From contig PKCY01000148.1 in NCBI GenBank assembly GCA_002862985.1, positions 1 through 57,606 of the forward strand: a stretch of 57,606 nucleotides of DNA, read 5' to 3'. Every line of letters begins with the position of its first letter. The stretch's first letter is position 1. A program made the position numbers and the translations under genes. Origin of the DNA: Haliea sp. GTDB lineage: Bacteria > Pseudomonadota > Gammaproteobacteria > Pseudomonadales > Halieaceae. The notes beneath the pieces are model-generated. The model saw only the letters and a list, made by a program, of their open reading frames with translations. It made no database searches and was not told the origin of the DNA. Below are positions 36,412-47,964 of the stretch, one piece after another.

Positions 36412-36717
36412 ATGAAAGCTTTACTGATGTCTGCCTTGATTCTCCTGGCATTCAACGCCTCTGCTGCCTGCCCAATACAGCGGCCGGGTGACATGCCACT
36501 GATACCCGATGGCGCAGTCGCAAGTGATGAGAGCATGCACAGGGCGCAACTGATGGCGGAAAAATACCTGTTGCAGGCGCAAGCCTACATGGACTGTGAC
36601 GTTATGAACCGCCGGCAGTACCTGGCACTGGCCGAGAAAGTGGAGGTTTTTTCTCAGCTGTACAATGACGAGGTCATTGAGTTTCGGGTTCGCACTAATA
36701 TTGTTGCGGAGAAGTAA
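36412..36717 (+). CDS. Small secreted hypothetical protein
   Basis: SD GAGG; signal peptide ending ASA-AC; PLIPDGAVAS...YMDC. Confidence 0.8.
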   Translation: MKALLMSALILLAFNASAACPIQRPGDMPLIPDGAVASDESMHRAQLMAEKYLLQAQAYMDCDVMNRRQYLALAEKVEVFSQLYNDEVIEFRVRTNIVAEK

Positions 36718-36821
36718 CGCCCCCCGCTCTTGATGGGCAGTTTTGTTGCGGGTTTCCCGCATCAGGATGCAAGGATATATCTGCTGGTGCGCGATCTCCA
36801 ACAGACAATAGTGCGATTAGG

Positions 36822-37571
36822 CTACCGTAGTGGTGTACCCACTGCCGTACCCACTGCCGTACTGTGCTGGTCGCTGGCTGTCCAGGTTGGCAAATCCCAC
36901 AGCTGTGGCTGTTGCGGCACGTCGTCCGCCGGGGGTAGCTCTACATCGATGGAATGGTTGCCACCGCGCTGTTTGAGAATGTGCACCTTGCGATACTCAC
37001 GCATTTGCAGGCGCAGGCTGGAGGGGGCGTGTTGCTGGCTTACCTGATTGGGGCGAAACAACACTGCCAGGCTGTCGCCACTGGCGGCGGCCAGTTGCAG
37101 TTTGCGCAATTCGCTGTAGCTGTAGTTCTGCGCGCCTAACCAGCTAAAGACGGCACTGCAGGTAGTGCTGCGCAGGGCTTGTTCGGTGGCCCACAACAAG
37201 TCTTTTCTGTTCTTGGGGTGGATCAGCAAAATTTGTTGGGTGTCGATGCCTCGAGCGGCTAATAATGGGGCGTAGGGTATGTAGGGCGGGGCGATAAACA
37301 CTTGCCAGCGGCCCTGTTCGCTAAGATGTTCCATGGCGCTTAGAAACAGGCCCATGGCCCCCAGCCCACAACCGTCGCTCAACAGCTCGATGGTGCTGTC
37401 CAAAGGCCAGCCGCCCTGTTGCAGTTGTGCATCCAGGGTTGCATAGCCGGTGGCGAGGCTCTGAGTGTTGTGGCAATCACTGTTTGCGGAAATGTTGTGG
37501 CCCTGGAAAGAGCGACGGTGACCGCGCCAGGTGTCGTTGCGGTTGATAGCCTGTTCCAGCATTTCATTCAT
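36822..37571 (-). CDS. imuA: ImuA translesion-synthesis-associated RecA-like protein
   Basis: Motifs TGYATLDAQL..GGWP, IAPPYIPYAP, LWATEQALRS, LRKLQLAA and ILKQRGG. Confidence 0.92.
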   Translation of the reverse strand: MNEMLEQAINRNDTWRGHRRSFQGHNISANSDCHNTQSLATGYATLDAQLQQGGWPLDSTIELLSDGCGLGAMGLFLSAMEHLSEQGRWQVFIAPPYIPYAPLLAARGIDTQQILLIHPKNRKDLLWATEQALRSTTCSAVFSWLGAQNYSYSELRKLQLAAASGDSLAVLFRPNQVSQQHAPSSLRLQMREYRKVHILKQRGGNHSIDVELPPADDVPQQPQLWDLPTWTASDQHSTAVGTAVGTPLR

Positions 37572-37607
37572 TATTCTTTACCTCTTGGGAGTAGCTTGTC
37601 CAATAAA

Positions 37608-37623
37608 CTGTATATATGTACAG
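37608..37623. promoter_or_regulatory. LexA (SOS) box upstream of imuA
   Basis: CTGT-ATATATGT-ACAG. Confidence 0.92.
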
Positions 37624-37738
37624 TAGTATTGAAAGAGGTGAAATGCAAGTTATGAATTACTGGGTTGGGTGCGGGTCAGTAGAGCTATCCGCTGCGGCAA
37701 CTCTCTGTCATGGTGTCTCGGATCAGACGCCGGACCGA

Positions 37739-38752
37739 CTAACTGGAAACTCTGCAAAGCCCCAAAACAAGACGTTCCAAATTGTCCCAGGGTCTGCCAT
37801 CAGCAAAGCCCTTGATGCTGCCATCCACCGCGGCGGCCTGTTCCAGCAACAAAGAGAGGGACTCTGAATCGTGTCGGGCCAGGGCAGCCTGCATAAACGG
37901 CATACGCTTGGGCCACACACGCTGCGTGCCCAGGGCTTTCTGTGCACTCTGGCCCTTGTCGCAATCGAGTTGCGCCTCCAGCAGAGTGCGAATCTCGCGA
38001 GCCAGACTCCACAGGACCACGGGGGGTTCGGAACCTTCCGAGCGCAGTCCATGCAACATACGCAGGCTGGCGGTGGCGTCGCCCTTGAGGGCGTTGTCAG
38101 CCATGTCGAACACGTTGTAGCGGGCATTGTTGGAAACTGCTTTGGTGACGGTCTCTGTGGTGATGTTTGAATCTGCTGCCAACAGTTTGAGCTTTTCCAC
38201 TTCCTGCACGGCGGCCAGCAAGTTGCCCTCTACCCGGTCACACAATAATTGCAGTGCATCGCTTTCAATGTCCATGCCCGCGCTGCGCACGCGTTGCTGC
38301 AGCCAGCGGGGCAGGTTCTTGGCGTCTATCGGCCACACCTGGATGGTCGCGCCGGCTTTGTCCAGCGCCTTGTACCACTTGCTGTTGGTCGACTGTTTGT
38401 CAATTTTGCCTGCCACGATGAGCAATACATCCTCGCTACCGGCAACCTCAAGGTATTCGCACAAGGCCTTGCTACCCTCGGCGCCCGGCTTGCCGCTGGG
38501 CAGACGCAGTTCTATCAGTTTGCGTTCGGCAAACAGAGACATGCTGGAGGCGCTGTGTAGAATATCCTGCCAATTGAAACTGGAAACGCCCGCGTCGATA
38601 ATTTCGCGCTCGCTACAGCCATCCTGCCGTGCTTTTTGACGGATCAGATCACAACATTCCTGTACCAGTAAGGTCTCGTCGCCGCTGATCAGATAAACCC
38701 GAAGAAGTTTTTGCTGCAATTGACCGGCAAGTTTCTCGGGGTATAGGCGCAT
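37739..38752 (-). CDS. holA: DNA polymerase III subunit delta
   Basis: Motifs YLISGDETLLVQE, SMSLFAER and VEGNLLAA.QEVEKL. Synteny leuS-lptE-holA. Confidence 0.96.
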   Translation of the reverse strand: MRLYPEKLAGQLQQKLLRVYLISGDETLLVQECCDLIRQKARQDGCSEREIIDAGVSSFNWQDILHSASSMSLFAERKLIELRLPSGKPGAEGSKALCEYLEVAGSEDVLLIVAGKIDKQSTNSKWYKALDKAGATIQVWPIDAKNLPRWLQQRVRSAGMDIESDALQLLCDRVEGNLLAAVQEVEKLKLLAADSNITTETVTKAVSNNARYNVFDMADNALKGDATASLRMLHGLRSEGSEPPVVLWSLAREIRTLLEAQLDCDKGQSAQKALGTQRVWPKRMPFMQAALARHDSESLSLLLEQAAAVDGSIKGFADGRPWDNLERLVLGLCRVSS

Positions 38753-39285
38753 TAGGGATTATTGGCCTGGCTAGCGGCGGCATAAAAACTCGTACGCTGC
38801 AGAATTTGCTGCGCCAGCTCCCTGCGACTCTCAGCTTTAAGCAGTTGTAGTTCGCTGGCTTTACCGGTGACATTGTCCGGGTCATTCTGCATACGCTTCA
38901 CAACCGATACGGCAGTGGGTGGTATCTCTTCCTTACTGTCTGCATTAAGTACCGAAAATTGTGCACGCATAATCAGCTCATATTCAGCAACCCGAGCTTG
39001 GGAATTGAGAGACAAATTGCGTTGTTCAAAACGCTCCGGTTGTAACACCAGGGTAAAACTGGCACTGACGCGGTCTTCGGTCCAGATAACACCGGTGGCC
39101 GAGAACAGGGCGGAAACGTCACGCGTAAACTCGCTGTTGGGATTGTTTGTCAACAGGTACATGCTTTTCCAGGCTTCGGGCAGGGCTGTGCCGCCCATAC
39201 CCGCACCGCGCAGCTGAAAGCCGCAGGCGCTGAGCAGGCAGATCATGCCCACAATTATGCTGTGGTGAGTGAGGCGCCTGTACAT
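38752..39285 (-). CDS. lptE: LPS-assembly lipoprotein LptE
   Basis: Lipobox LSACGFQLRG; synteny. Confidence 0.93.
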   Translation of the reverse strand: MYRRLTHHSIIVGMICLLSACGFQLRGAGMGGTALPEAWKSMYLLTNNPNSEFTRDVSALFSATGVIWTEDRVSASFTLVLQPERFEQRNLSLNSQARVAEYELIMRAQFSVLNADSKEEIPPTAVSVVKRMQNDPDNVTGKASELQLLKAESRRELAQQILQRTSFYAAASQANNP

Positions 39286-39322
39286 GATGAGTCTCTTTTT
39301 CAGGAGTGAACTGACTTCAGGG

Positions 39323-41773
39323 TTAGTTGGCCACAATATTAACGAGTTTGCCCGGTACCACAATCACTTTGCGTACGCTCAATCCTTCCAGAAACCGGCT
39401 TACGTTTTGCTGGGATTGCGCCAGGTTTTCTAGGGCACTCTTGTCTGTATTAACCGGTACTTCCATTTTTGCCCGCACTTTTCCGTTGACCTGTACGACC
39501 ATTTCGATCGTGTCACGGGTTAAAGCAGATTCATCGAAAGCGGGCCAGGGCGCGTTGAGAATTTCTCCCTCGCCGTTAAGGGTTGGCCACAAGGCATGAC
39601 ATACATGCGGCACGATGGGGCTGAGCATCAACACGATAGCGCGCAGTGACTCGTGCAACAGAGCGCGGCTTTGTGGTGCAGCGTCGTCCAGTTTGCCTAA
39701 CTCATTACACAGTTCCATGATTGCGGCGATGGCCGTGTTAAAGGTTTGGCGTCGACCGAAGTCGTCACTGACCTTGGCGATAGTCTCGTGAAGTTTACGA
39801 CGGATATTTTTCTGTTGCTCATTCAGTGTGGCCACGTCCAGCGCCGGCGCAGGCTCGGATGCAGCGTGTTTGCTGGCTAGTTTCCATAGGCGTTTGAGGA
39901 ATCGATTGGCGCCTTCCACTCCTGAGTCGGACCATTCCAGCGATTGTTCCGGCGGGGCGGCAAACATGCTGAACAGGCGCACGGTGTCGGCGCCATACGC
40001 GGCGATTAACGATTGTGGGTCCACCGTGTTGCCCTTGGATTTGGACATCTTGGCGCCGTCTTTGAGCACCATGCCTTGAGTCAGCAGGCGGATGAAGGGT
40101 TCGTCGCTGGTCACCAGCCCTTCATCCCGCATCAGCTTGTGAAAGAAGCGTGAGTACAACAGGTGCAGGATGGCGTGTTCGATGCCGCCCACATACTGAT
40201 CTACCGGTGCCCAGTAATCCGCTTCGCCATCCAGCATGACCTGATCGTTATTGGCGCAGCCGTAGCGTGCGTAATACCAGGAGGACTCCATAAACGTATC
40301 AAAGGTGTCCGTTTCACGAGTAGCGTCTGCGCCGCAGCTGGGGCAAGAGGTTTGGTAAAACGCCGGCATGTCTTTGAGCGGTGAGCCCACGCCTTCAAAT
40401 ACGATCTCGGTGGGCAGCATCACCGGCAGGTCTGCCGCGGGCACTGGCACTGCCCCACACGTATCACAGTTGATAATGGGAATGGGTGCACCCCAATAGC
40501 GCTGACGTGAAATGCCCCAGTCGCGCAGACGGAAGTTGACAGTGCGTTTGCCCTTTCCTGCACTTTCGAGCGTGTCGGCGATGGTGGCGAAGGCGGCCTT
40601 AAAATCCAGACCATCAAACTCGCCGGAGTTAATGAGAATACCTTTTTCTGTAAATGCCGCCGCGCTGAGATCGCACGGTTCGTTACCAGCGGGGGCGATC
40701 ACCTGCGCAATGGGCAGTTTGTAACGCGTCGCAAACTCCCAGTCGCGTTGGTCGTGGCCTGGTACAGACATGACCGCACCGGATCCGTAATTCATCAGTA
40801 CAAAGTTGGCGACCCAAACAGGCACTTCCTCACCTGTCAGTGGGTGCGTGGCAGTAATGCCAGTTGCCATGCCGAGCTTCTCCATGGTGGCCATGTCCGC
40901 TTCGGCCATCTTGATGTTGCCCTGTGATTCAATAAATGCGGCCAATTCGGGATTATCTTCTGCCGCTGCCCTGGCCAAGGGGTGCTGTAATGCAATCGCG
41001 ACGTAGGTAACACCCAATAGAGTATCCGGGCGAGTGGTGTAGACGCTCAGCGCGGTCCCGTCTTTGAGGCTGAAGTCCAAATTCACACCTTCGGAGCGCC
41101 CGATCCAGTTGCGCTGCATAGTGCGTACTTGCTCCGGCCATTGGTCGAGGGTGTCGAGGTCAGTCAGCAGTTGCTCGGCATAGTCGGTAATTTTGAGAAA
41201 CCACTGATCAATCTCGCGGCGTTCCACCGGGTTGTCACAGCGCCAGCAGCAACCATCCACAACCTGCTCGTTGGCCAATACTGTCTGGTCTGTCTCACAC
41301 CAGTTTACTTCGGCTTTCTTTTTGTAGGCCAGGCCCTTTTCAAACAGGCGGGTGAAAAACCATTGCTCCCAACGGTAGTAGTCCGGGTCGCAGGTTGCCA
41401 GCTCCCGGTCCCAGTCGTAGGCGAAGCCCAGTTGCTGCAACTGCTCACGCATGTAATCAATGTTTTGGGCTGTCCACTGTGCAGGTGGCACGTTGTGTTT
41501 GATTGCGGCATTTTCTGCCGGCAGTCCGAAAGCGTCCCAGCCCATGGGCTGTAGAACGTTTTTTCCCTGCATGCGCTGATAGCGCGCGATGACGTCGCCG
41601 ATGGTGTAGTTGCGCACATGCCCCATATGCAGTTGCCCGCTGGGGTAGGGGAACATCGCCAGGCAGTAGAATTTTTCCCGTGTGTCGTCCTGTTGTACGG
41701 CGAAGCTCTTATTCGCCAGCCAGTGTTTCTGGACGGCTTGTTCCAGGGCCTTGGGGTTGTAGGGCTGATCCAT
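39323..41773 (-). CDS. leuS: Leucine--tRNA ligase
   Basis: Motifs [13 protein letters not shown] and KMSKS. Confidence 0.99.
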   Translation of the reverse strand: MDQPYNPKALEQAVQKHWLANKSFAVQQDDTREKFYCLAMFPYPSGQLHMGHVRNYTIGDVIARYQRMQGKNVLQPMGWDAFGLPAENAAIKHNVPPAQWTAQNIDYMREQLQQLGFAYDWDRELATCDPDYYRWEQWFFTRLFEKGLAYKKKAEVNWCETDQTVLANEQVVDGCCWRCDNPVERREIDQWFLKITDYAEQLLTDLDTLDQWPEQVRTMQRNWIGRSEGVNLDFSLKDGTALSVYTTRPDTLLGVTYVAIALQHPLARAAAEDNPELAAFIESQGNIKMAEADMATMEKLGMATGITATHPLTGEEVPVWVANFVLMNYGSGAVMSVPGHDQRDWEFATRYKLPIAQVIAPAGNEPCDLSAAAFTEKGILINSGEFDGLDFKAAFATIADTLESAGKGKRTVNFRLRDWGISRQRYWGAPIPIINCDTCGAVPVPAADLPVMLPTEIVFEGVGSPLKDMPAFYQTSCPSCGADATRETDTFDTFMESSWYYARYGCANNDQVMLDGEADYWAPVDQYVGGIEHAILHLLYSRFFHKLMRDEGLVTSDEPFIRLLTQGMVLKDGAKMSKSKGNTVDPQSLIAAYGADTVRLFSMFAAPPEQSLEWSDSGVEGANRFLKRLWKLASKHAASEPAPALDVATLNEQQKNIRRKLHETIAKVSDDFGRRQTFNTAIAAIMELCNELGKLDDAAPQSRALLHESLRAIVLMLSPIVPHVCHALWPTLNGEGEILNAPWPAFDESALTRDTIEMVVQVNGKVRAKMEVPVNTDKSALENLAQSQQNVSRFLEGLSVRKVIVVPGKLVNIVAN

Positions 41774-41972
41774 CACGGGTAGCTCGTTTCGTCCTTTATT
41801 TCATGGTGAAGTACGACCTGATTCGACACTCACCGGAGTGCGAAACGGCCAAAAAGAAGCGCGGATTCTAACAGTAAACCCCGTGGACTGGTAAGCGTCG
41901 TACGGAAGTAGTTGGCGGAGGCGGGTCGGTGATAGCCCCCGGGTATTGGCCACGCCACGACAGCGCACTGAT

Positions 41973-43484
41973 CTAATTACCGCGCCAAAACCCCAGATAC
42001 AGGACTGCCATAAGCAACAGACCGATGATGCAGCCGGTGATCATTGGCGTATTGCCGAAGCTGCCAAAAGGCGTATTGCCCAGCATCGCCTGTGCCGTTC
42101 CAGTAAGGGTGGTGGCAACGAACTGATCAGTGCGCTCGACGATTTTGCCCTGGTGATCAATGATCGCGGAGATTCCATTGTTAGTACCGCGCACTACATA
42201 GCGCCCATTTTCACGCCCACGCATCTGAGCAATCTGCAAGTGTTGCCAGGGGCCAATAGAATCGCCGAACCAACTGTCGTTGCTGATGGTGATCAGTAAA
42301 TCCGCATTGCGCGCGTTCTTTGCCACCAGGCCACCGTAGACAATTTCGTAACAAATAAAAGGTGCCACGCGAAAGGCGCCCACTTTCAGCGGGGCCTGAT
42401 TTTCCGGTCCGGGGCTGAAAGCGGACATGGGTAGATCAAAGAAAGCAATCAGCCCACGCAGCAGGTTCTCCAGGGGGACGTATTCCCCAAACGGCACTAG
42501 CCGTTGCTTGTGATAAACGCCCTTACCAAACCCCAGGGCCGCAATACTGTTGTGGTAGGACTCGCTGTCAGGCGGGCGAAAGGGAATGCCTGTAATCAGC
42601 GTCGTATTCGCTGCTGCGGCGCGCTCGGCAATGGGCTCCAGAAATCCCTGCGCCCGCTGCAGGTAATTTGGAACGGCCGACTCTGGCCAGAGGACGAGGT
42701 CGAAGCCCAGTACCGGATCTGTCGCCTCTCGCAATTGACGGAGAATGGGTCGATACCAATCGGGAGCCCATTTGTGCTCCTGCGGTACATTGGGCTGGAT
42801 GATAGCGACGGTTATGGGGTCTTCGCTGGCTTTGGCTACCCATTGCGTGGACATTAATACTGCCCCGCCTCCCCACAGTGTAATGAGGATCACGGCATAC
42901 GTGGTAAGGGCGACGGGCTTGCGACTGCGCCACCCGAGAAACAGACAGGTTCCGGTCAGTGCGCAGATGAACGAGAGACCATACACACCGGTAATGGGTG
43001 CCCAGCCGGATATCCAGGTGTCAACATGGGCATAGCCCAGATAAAGCCAGGGGAAGCCAGTGAGTAGCCAGCTACGGAACCACTCAAAAAGCACCCACAA
43101 AGCGGGGAACCCCGCCAACATGCCGCCTGGCAGCGGGCGCACAAACCGCACATAGCACCAGGCGAACAGCGCGTGAAGTAATGCCAGCCCGGCGCAAAAC
43201 AGCGCCGTCAACCCTATAGCCAGTAGAACGCCGGCATGGCCGTGAACGTGAATGCTGACGTAAACCCAGGAAACGCCGCTGCCGAACATGCCCAGGCCAT
43301 AGAGCCATCCGCGCCACAGTGCCTGCCTGGTGCCGCAGGTGCTCAGCAGATAGGCGTAAAGGGCACAGCTTAAAATACCTGCCGGCCAGAGTTCGAAAGG
43401 CGCCAGAGACAGAGTAACCAGTGCACCGGCAAACGGTGCCAGTAACAGAACGAAAATGGGGCTAAGGCCGGATTCGGCGCGCAT
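41973..43484 (-). CDS. lnt: Apolipoprotein N-acyltransferase
   Basis: Motifs WPESA, KQRLVPFGEY, ICYE and SNDSWFG. Confidence 0.97.
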   Translation of the reverse strand: MRAESGLSPIFVLLLAPFAGALVTLSLAPFELWPAGILSCALYAYLLSTCGTRQALWRGWLYGLGMFGSGVSWVYVSIHVHGHAGVLLAIGLTALFCAGLALLHALFAWCYVRFVRPLPGGMLAGFPALWVLFEWFRSWLLTGFPWLYLGYAHVDTWISGWAPITGVYGLSFICALTGTCLFLGWRSRKPVALTTYAVILITLWGGGAVLMSTQWVAKASEDPITVAIIQPNVPQEHKWAPDWYRPILRQLREATDPVLGFDLVLWPESAVPNYLQRAQGFLEPIAERAAAANTTLITGIPFRPPDSESYHNSIAALGFGKGVYHKQRLVPFGEYVPLENLLRGLIAFFDLPMSAFSPGPENQAPLKVGAFRVAPFICYEIVYGGLVAKNARNADLLITISNDSWFGDSIGPWQHLQIAQMRGRENGRYVVRGTNNGISAIIDHQGKIVERTDQFVATTLTGTAQAMLGNTPFGSFGNTPMITGCIIGLLLMAVLYLGFWRGN

Positions 43485-43507
43485 GTTGTGTGGCTGCCAA
43501 TGTCCGG

Positions 43508-44356
43508 TTATTTTCTGGGTGGCCGCATGCGCAGGCTGTAAATTTTACGCTGGTCAGCATTGACGACCTCGAACCGAATGCCGTCGATAGTGGTGACTTC
43601 ATTGCGCGCCGGCATATGGCCGAATGCCTGCATCACCAGTCCGCCAACGGTATCGAATTCTTCATCACTGAAGGTGCAGTCGAAATAGGCATTGAATTCA
43701 TCGATGGGAGTAAGGGCCTTGACCAGAAAATCATGGCTGTCTATTTTGTGGATAAAACGGTCGGCCTGGGCATCCGTCTCATCTTCTATTTCGCCGACAA
43801 TTTCCTCGAGTACATCTTCGATAGTAACGAGTCCGGCCACACCGCCGTATTCATCAATTACAATCGCCATGTGATTGCGGTTCTCACGAAACTCCCGCAA
43901 CAGGACGTTAAGACGTTTACTCTCAGGCACAACCATGGTGGACCGCAATAAATCCTGGATTTTGAAGGATTCATGATCAGGGTTGAGTATTTGGGGGAGC
44001 AGATCTTTGGCCAGTAAAATACCCATCACATCGTCTGGGCTGTCGCCAATTACTGGATAGCGGGAGTGCGCAGCGTCCGTGATTTGCGGCAGGATATCTT
44101 CCAGCGTGGACTCTGCCTTAATCACAACCATCTGTGAGCGGGAGATCATGATATCGCGGGCTTGCATATCGCTGACCTGCATCGCCCCTTCCATGATATT
44201 GTGCACGTCCTCATCGATGATCTCATTATCTGCAGCGAGGGTAAGCACTTCTTGCAGGTCATGGCGACTGTGCGGATCAGAGGAAAAGAGCAGGGCGATC
44301 TTATTTATCCATGATCGATCATTTGCGTCATTGCTGGTGCGGTCTTCGCTCATCAA
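43508..44356 (-). CDS. corC: CorC/HlyC CBS-domain protein
   Basis: Motifs HSRYPV and DEYGGVAGLVTIEDVLEEIVGEIEDE. Confidence 0.95.
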   Translation of the reverse strand: MMSEDRTSNDANDRSWINKIALLFSSDPHSRHDLQEVLTLAADNEIIDEDVHNIMEGAMQVSDMQARDIMISRSQMVVIKAESTLEDILPQITDAAHSRYPVIGDSPDDVMGILLAKDLLPQILNPDHESFKIQDLLRSTMVVPESKRLNVLLREFRENRNHMAIVIDEYGGVAGLVTIEDVLEEIVGEIEDETDAQADRFIHKIDSHDFLVKALTPIDEFNAYFDCTFSDEEFDTVGGLVMQAFGHMPARNEVTTIDGIRFEVVNADQRKIYSLRMRPPRK

Positions 44357-44832
44357 ATGGAGTGCTCCCGGGGCACATTTGTTTTGTAGGGGCAGTCGAA
44401 ATCCAGCTCATTGAGAATGGTGCTTTCCAGTGCTTCCATCGTTGCGGCATCGTGTTCTTCGATATGGTCATAACCCAGTAGATGCAGGGTGCCGTGGACA
44501 GTCATGTGCGCCCAGTGCGCATTGGCACTCTTTCCCTGCCGTGCTGCTTCTGCGATGACAACCGGCGCACAAATAACAATATCGCCCAATAGTGGAAGAT
44601 TCAGTTCAGCGGGCAAATCGGCTGGGAACGACAGAACATTAGTGGCTCCTGGCTTGCCCCGATACTGGTGATTCAGGTTTGCCATTTCATTGTTGTTTAT
44701 GAGGCGCACGGTGATTTCAACGCTTTCCTTTGAACTGCGGTTGCGCAGTGCTGCCGCTATCCAACGGTGTATGCTGTCTTCATCGGGAACAGGTTCGCGA
44801 CAGGCGGACTGGATAGCCACATGCAAATTCAC
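44353..44832 (-). CDS. ybeY: rRNA maturation RNase YbeY
   Basis: Motifs TNVLSFP and HGTLHLLGYDH. Confidence 0.97.
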   Translation of the reverse strand: MNLHVAIQSACREPVPDEDSIHRWIAAALRNRSSKESVEITVRLINNNEMANLNHQYRGKPGATNVLSFPADLPAELNLPLLGDIVICAPVVIAEAARQGKSANAHWAHMTVHGTLHLLGYDHIEEHDAATMEALESTILNELDFDCPYKTNVPREHSI

Positions 44833-45878
44833 CGTCGACTCTTGTCCAGGTGGGTTGCCTGGTCCTCGGCATTGTCATAGGCCTCAACAATACGCTGCAC
44901 CAGAGGGTGACGTACCACATCCTTGTTGCCGAAATACGTAAAGCCGATGCCGTCAATATCGTCCAGCATGTTGCTCACATGGGTCAAGCCAGACTGGACT
45001 CCCCGGGGAAGGTCTATCTGGGTGGCGTCACCGGTAATAACCACTGTGGAACCAAAGCCGATGCGCGTCAGAAACATTTTCATCTGCTCCCGGGTGGTGT
45101 TCTGAGCCTCGTCGAGAATAATAAAAGCATTGTTTAGCGTGCGACCGCGCATGAAAGCCAGCGGTGCGACCTCGATAATATTGCGCTCGATATATTTGTT
45201 GACCGCCTCAAAACCCAGCATCTCGTAAAGGGCATCGTAGAGCGGACGTAGATAGGGGTCGATTTTCTGGCTCAGGTCGCCGGGTAGAAAGCCCAGTTTC
45301 TCGCCCGCTTCTACCGCTGGTCGCACCAGTAAGATTTTGCGCGCCTGTTCCTCGAGAAGAGCTTCGACACCACAGGCAACGGCCAGATAGGTTTTGCCAG
45401 TGCCGGCGGGACCGATACCAAAATTGATGTCGCTCTGTCTAATGGAACGGACATAGTCCTGTTGGTTTTTGCCGCGGGGCTTGACCGATACGCGTTTGGT
45501 GCGAATGATTGCGATCGCCTGAACATCACTGTCTTGACGTGCCTCCGCGAGGTACTCCAGGCCCGCCTGTTGTAACTGCAAGTGCAGCGACTCAGCGCTC
45601 AGCGCTACGTCCTGACATATTTCTTCATAGAGGTGACGGAGCAGGTGCTCGGCAGTAGCGACCTTGCCGGCGGAGCCCTTGAGTGAAAATTGATTCCCCC
45701 GAGCGCTGATGCTGACGTCGAGACGCGTTTCAATCTGGCGCAAATGGTTGTCCAGATGGCCACACAGCATGGCCAGGTGACGCGCGTTATCGGGTTCTAG
45801 TGCCAAGTTCTGTTGCACTGACGGTCCAGGCAACGGTTCAGGGGGAGGTCTGCTGTTCAAAGTATCCTGTCGCCACAT
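44829..45878 (-). CDS. phoH: PhoH-family ATPase (YbeZ)
   Basis: Motifs GPAGTGKT, GFLPGD, MRGRTL and DEAQN. Confidence 0.95.
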   Translation of the reverse strand: MWRQDTLNSRPPPEPLPGPSVQQNLALEPDNARHLAMLCGHLDNHLRQIETRLDVSISARGNQFSLKGSAGKVATAEHLLRHLYEEICQDVALSAESLHLQLQQAGLEYLAEARQDSDVQAIAIIRTKRVSVKPRGKNQQDYVRSIRQSDINFGIGPAGTGKTYLAVACGVEALLEEQARKILLVRPAVEAGEKLGFLPGDLSQKIDPYLRPLYDALYEMLGFEAVNKYIERNIIEVAPLAFMRGRTLNNAFIILDEAQNTTREQMKMFLTRIGFGSTVVITGDATQIDLPRGVQSGLTHVSNMLDDIDGIGFTYFGNKDVVRHPLVQRIVEAYDNAEDQATHLDKSRR

Positions 45879-45923
45879 TGGGCATAATCGTTAAACATAA
45901 GGATATACCGGAATTGGCGGGCG

Positions 45924-47255
45924 TCAACCTTGCAATAACGCGCCGCGTAGCGAGTTGGGTAGCGCTTGGACAATTTCAACGTCGACAAATTGCCCAATCA
46001 GAGCGTGGTCTGCGGCGGAAAAATTCACAGCGCGATTGTTTTCAGTGCGCCCCTGCAGTTCCCCGGGATCTTTTTTGGAGACGCCGGTGACCAGGATGCG
46101 CTGGGAACTACCCACCATGCGTCGGCTGATGCCAGCCGCCTGCGCAGCGATACGTGTCTGCAATATATGCAGGCGATTTTTTTTGGTGTCCTCGTCAGTG
46201 TCATCGGGTAGTTCCGCGGCGGGTGTTCCCGGTCGGGCACTGTAAATGAAACTGAAGGAGCTGTCGTAGCCGATATCTTCTATCAGTTTCATGGTGGCGG
46301 CAAAATCCGCGTCGGTTTCGCCGGGAAACCCGATAATAAAGTCTGATGACAGGCTAATATCCGGCCGTATTTTACGCAGGCGGCGTATCTTCGATTTGTA
46401 TTCCAGCACAGTATGACCACGTTTCATCGCCGCAAGTATGCGGTCAGAGCCGCTCTGTACAGGCAAATGCAGGTGGTTTACCAGTGTCGGGATGGTCGCG
46501 TAGGCGTCGATCAGGGCATCGGTGAACTCAACCGGGTGTGAGGTGGTATAGCGGATACGTTCAATGTCGGGAATGTTCGCGACGAAATGCAGCAACTCAG
46601 CAAAATCGACGACTTCGCCCAGATGGTTGGCCCCGCGATAGGCGTTGACGTTTTGCCCCAGTAAGTTGACCTCGCGCACGCCCTGGGCTGCAAGTTGGGC
46701 GATTTCTGCGATGACATCATCCACCGGCCGCGACACCTCTTCGCCGCGGGTATAAGGCACCACGCAAAAGGTACAGTATTTGCTACAGCCCTCCATTACA
46801 GAAACAAACGCGCTGGGACCATCAACCTTTGGCTGCGGGAGATTGTCGAACTTTTCGATCTCCGGAAAGCTAATATCTACAACGAGAGTGCCGCCGGGGC
46901 CCCTTTGGTCCATCATTTGTGGCAGCCGGTGCAGGGTTTGCGGGCCAAATACCAAATCGACGTAGGGCGCCCGGCGACCGATCTCGGCGCCCTCCTGGCT
47001 GGCGACGCAGCCGCCGACGCCAATAATCAGATTGGGATTCTTTTGCTTCAAATGCTTCCAGCGTCCCAGTTGATGGAATACCTTTTCTTGCGCTTTTTCC
47101 CTTATGGAACATGTGTTTAGCAACAGCATATCGGCGTCTTCCGGGTCGTTAGTGGAGACCAGCCCATGGCTCTCCTGCAACAGATCACGCATACGAGCGG
47201 AGTCGTATTCGTTCATCTGGCAACCGTGGGTTTTAATGTACAGCTTCTTGCTCAA
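45924..47255 (-). CDS. miaB: tRNA-2-methylthio-N6-isopentenyladenosine synthase MiaB
   Basis: GCQMNEYDS, the radical-SAM motif CSKYCTFC and a TRAM domain. Confidence 0.98.
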   Translation of the reverse strand: MSKKLYIKTHGCQMNEYDSARMRDLLQESHGLVSTNDPEDADMLLLNTCSIREKAQEKVFHQLGRWKHLKQKNPNLIIGVGGCVASQEGAEIGRRAPYVDLVFGPQTLHRLPQMMDQRGPGGTLVVDISFPEIEKFDNLPQPKVDGPSAFVSVMEGCSKYCTFCVVPYTRGEEVSRPVDDVIAEIAQLAAQGVREVNLLGQNVNAYRGANHLGEVVDFAELLHFVANIPDIERIRYTTSHPVEFTDALIDAYATIPTLVNHLHLPVQSGSDRILAAMKRGHTVLEYKSKIRRLRKIRPDISLSSDFIIGFPGETDADFAATMKLIEDIGYDSSFSFIYSARPGTPAAELPDDTDEDTKKNRLHILQTRIAAQAAGISRRMVGSSQRILVTGVSKKDPGELQGRTENNRAVNFSAADHALIGQFVDVEIVQALPNSLRGALLQG

Positions 47256-47612
47256 TGGACTCTCACAGCGGGCGCAGTGGGCGCGCCGCAGGTATTGCTC
47301 TGTTCCGAAAAGGGAGCGGATTATACCCAGATACAGGAGGCAAACCTAGGGGTATGCTGGTGTACGTGATCTGATCTGGAAGTCCTGTAGCGGCGAGCGT
47401 TGGCGGGCACTCCCACTTTGAGTGTGTCAGGGCGGGGGGTGGTATTGGAGAAATGGGCTAGAGGGATATTTGTAACAACGCGGGGGGGGCACGGCGGGCT
47501 GGAAGCTGTTATTCTTCATGCAGGGCGGTAACAATGCCGCCCCCTGAAATCCGGACCCGCGCGCTGCCTTCGTGGGTCAGGCGTCTCTTGCCAGGTTCTA
47601 CACGAGGAAACA

Positions 47613-47957
47613 ATGGCCAACCAACCCGTTTACAAGGTGATTTTTCAGAACGGCAGTCAGGTGTTCGAGGTCTTCGCCCGCCAGATCTATCAGAGCGATA
47701 TGTGGGGATTTATCGAGGTTGAAGAGTTCGTGTTCGGAGAGCGCTCGCAGATTCTGGTCGATCCGGGCGAGGAAAAGCTCAAGCACGAGTTCAATGGCGT
47801 CAAACGCAGCTACATTCCGCTGCAAGCCATTATTCGCATTGACGAGGTGGATAAGGAGGGCAGTAGCAAGGTTTCCAGTGCCTCGCCTGCAGAGGGCAAT
47901 GTTTCCAGTTTCCCTTTTGCGGGACTTCCACCCGGGCAGCAGGGCGGCGAAGAGTAG
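47613..47957 (+). CDS. DUF1820-family protein
   Basis: YKVIFQN..VFEVFAR...VDPGEEKLKHEF.GVKRSYIP..IIRIDEV. Confidence 0.9.
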   Translation: MANQPVYKVIFQNGSQVFEVFARQIYQSDMWGFIEVEEFVFGERSQILVDPGEEKLKHEFNGVKRSYIPLQAIIRIDEVDKEGSSKVSSASPAEGNVSSFPFAGLPPGQQGGEE

Positions 47958-47964
47958 ACGCTCT

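Noticed and set aside
47719-47964. N-terminal extension of the cytochrome c ORF
   Set aside because: It overlaps DUF1820 in another frame. A later start gives a proper signal peptide.
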